From the NCBI GenBank assembly GCA_965215565.1, contig CBDCDZ010000004.1, positions 3,360,001 to 3,424,000 on the forward strand: 64,000 bases of DNA, written 5' to 3'. Position 1 is the first letter of the stretch. Every line of letters starts with the position of its first letter. The notes below the pieces were generated by a model. The model worked only from the letters and a program-made list of their open reading frames with translations, was not told the DNA's origin and made no database searches. Of the stretch, positions 63,862-64,000 are shown piece after piece. Source of the DNA: Trueperaceae bacterium. GTDB taxonomy: Bacteria; Deinococcota; Deinococci; Deinococcales; Trueperaceae. The position numbers and the translations under genes were made by a program.

Positions 63862-64000
63862 GGGGTCTCCTTTGCGGTTAAGCTCAACCGGCTATTCTGG
63901 GCGACCCGTTCTGGCGCACGGCGACTCGAGTACCCTAACTGCCTACCATAGCGACTCGAGTCCAAAAGAGGAGCTTAACCCTACAGACTAAATGGTCTGT

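Overview
A 64-kb bacterial chromosomal segment of roughly 55-60% GC (estimated by eye). Its features point to Deinococcota, probably Trueperaceae-like (inference): short EF-Ts, a caa3 oxidase with fused subunits I/III, CarB with a reduced C-terminus, and several apparently leaderless genes. Core genes are rpsB-tsf-pyrH-frr-cdsA, a ctaA-ctaB-coxB-coxAC-SURF1 operon, argG/argH, rnr, an M32 carboxypeptidase, a dynamin-like GTPase, mscS, pheA, carB and a Crp regulator. Accessory material includes two clusters of acidic Ig/PKD-type surface lipoproteins (one member broken by frameshifts), a multidomain GH13 lipoprotein, an AT-rich island with a GHKL-ATPase/PD-(D/E)xK nuclease fusion plus a DNA methyltransferase, two PIN-toxin loci and an orphan island. 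Non-coding signals: a dispersed MITE-like repeat family with ATAGCAG...CTGCTAT ends, strong enrichment of the palindrome CTCGAG, a candidate Arg-rich leader upstream of argG, a pseudoknot in the rpsB leader, and a highly structured frr-cdsA spacer. No tRNA, rRNA, CRISPR array or transposase was seen. All calls come from reading the sequence; no database searches were run.
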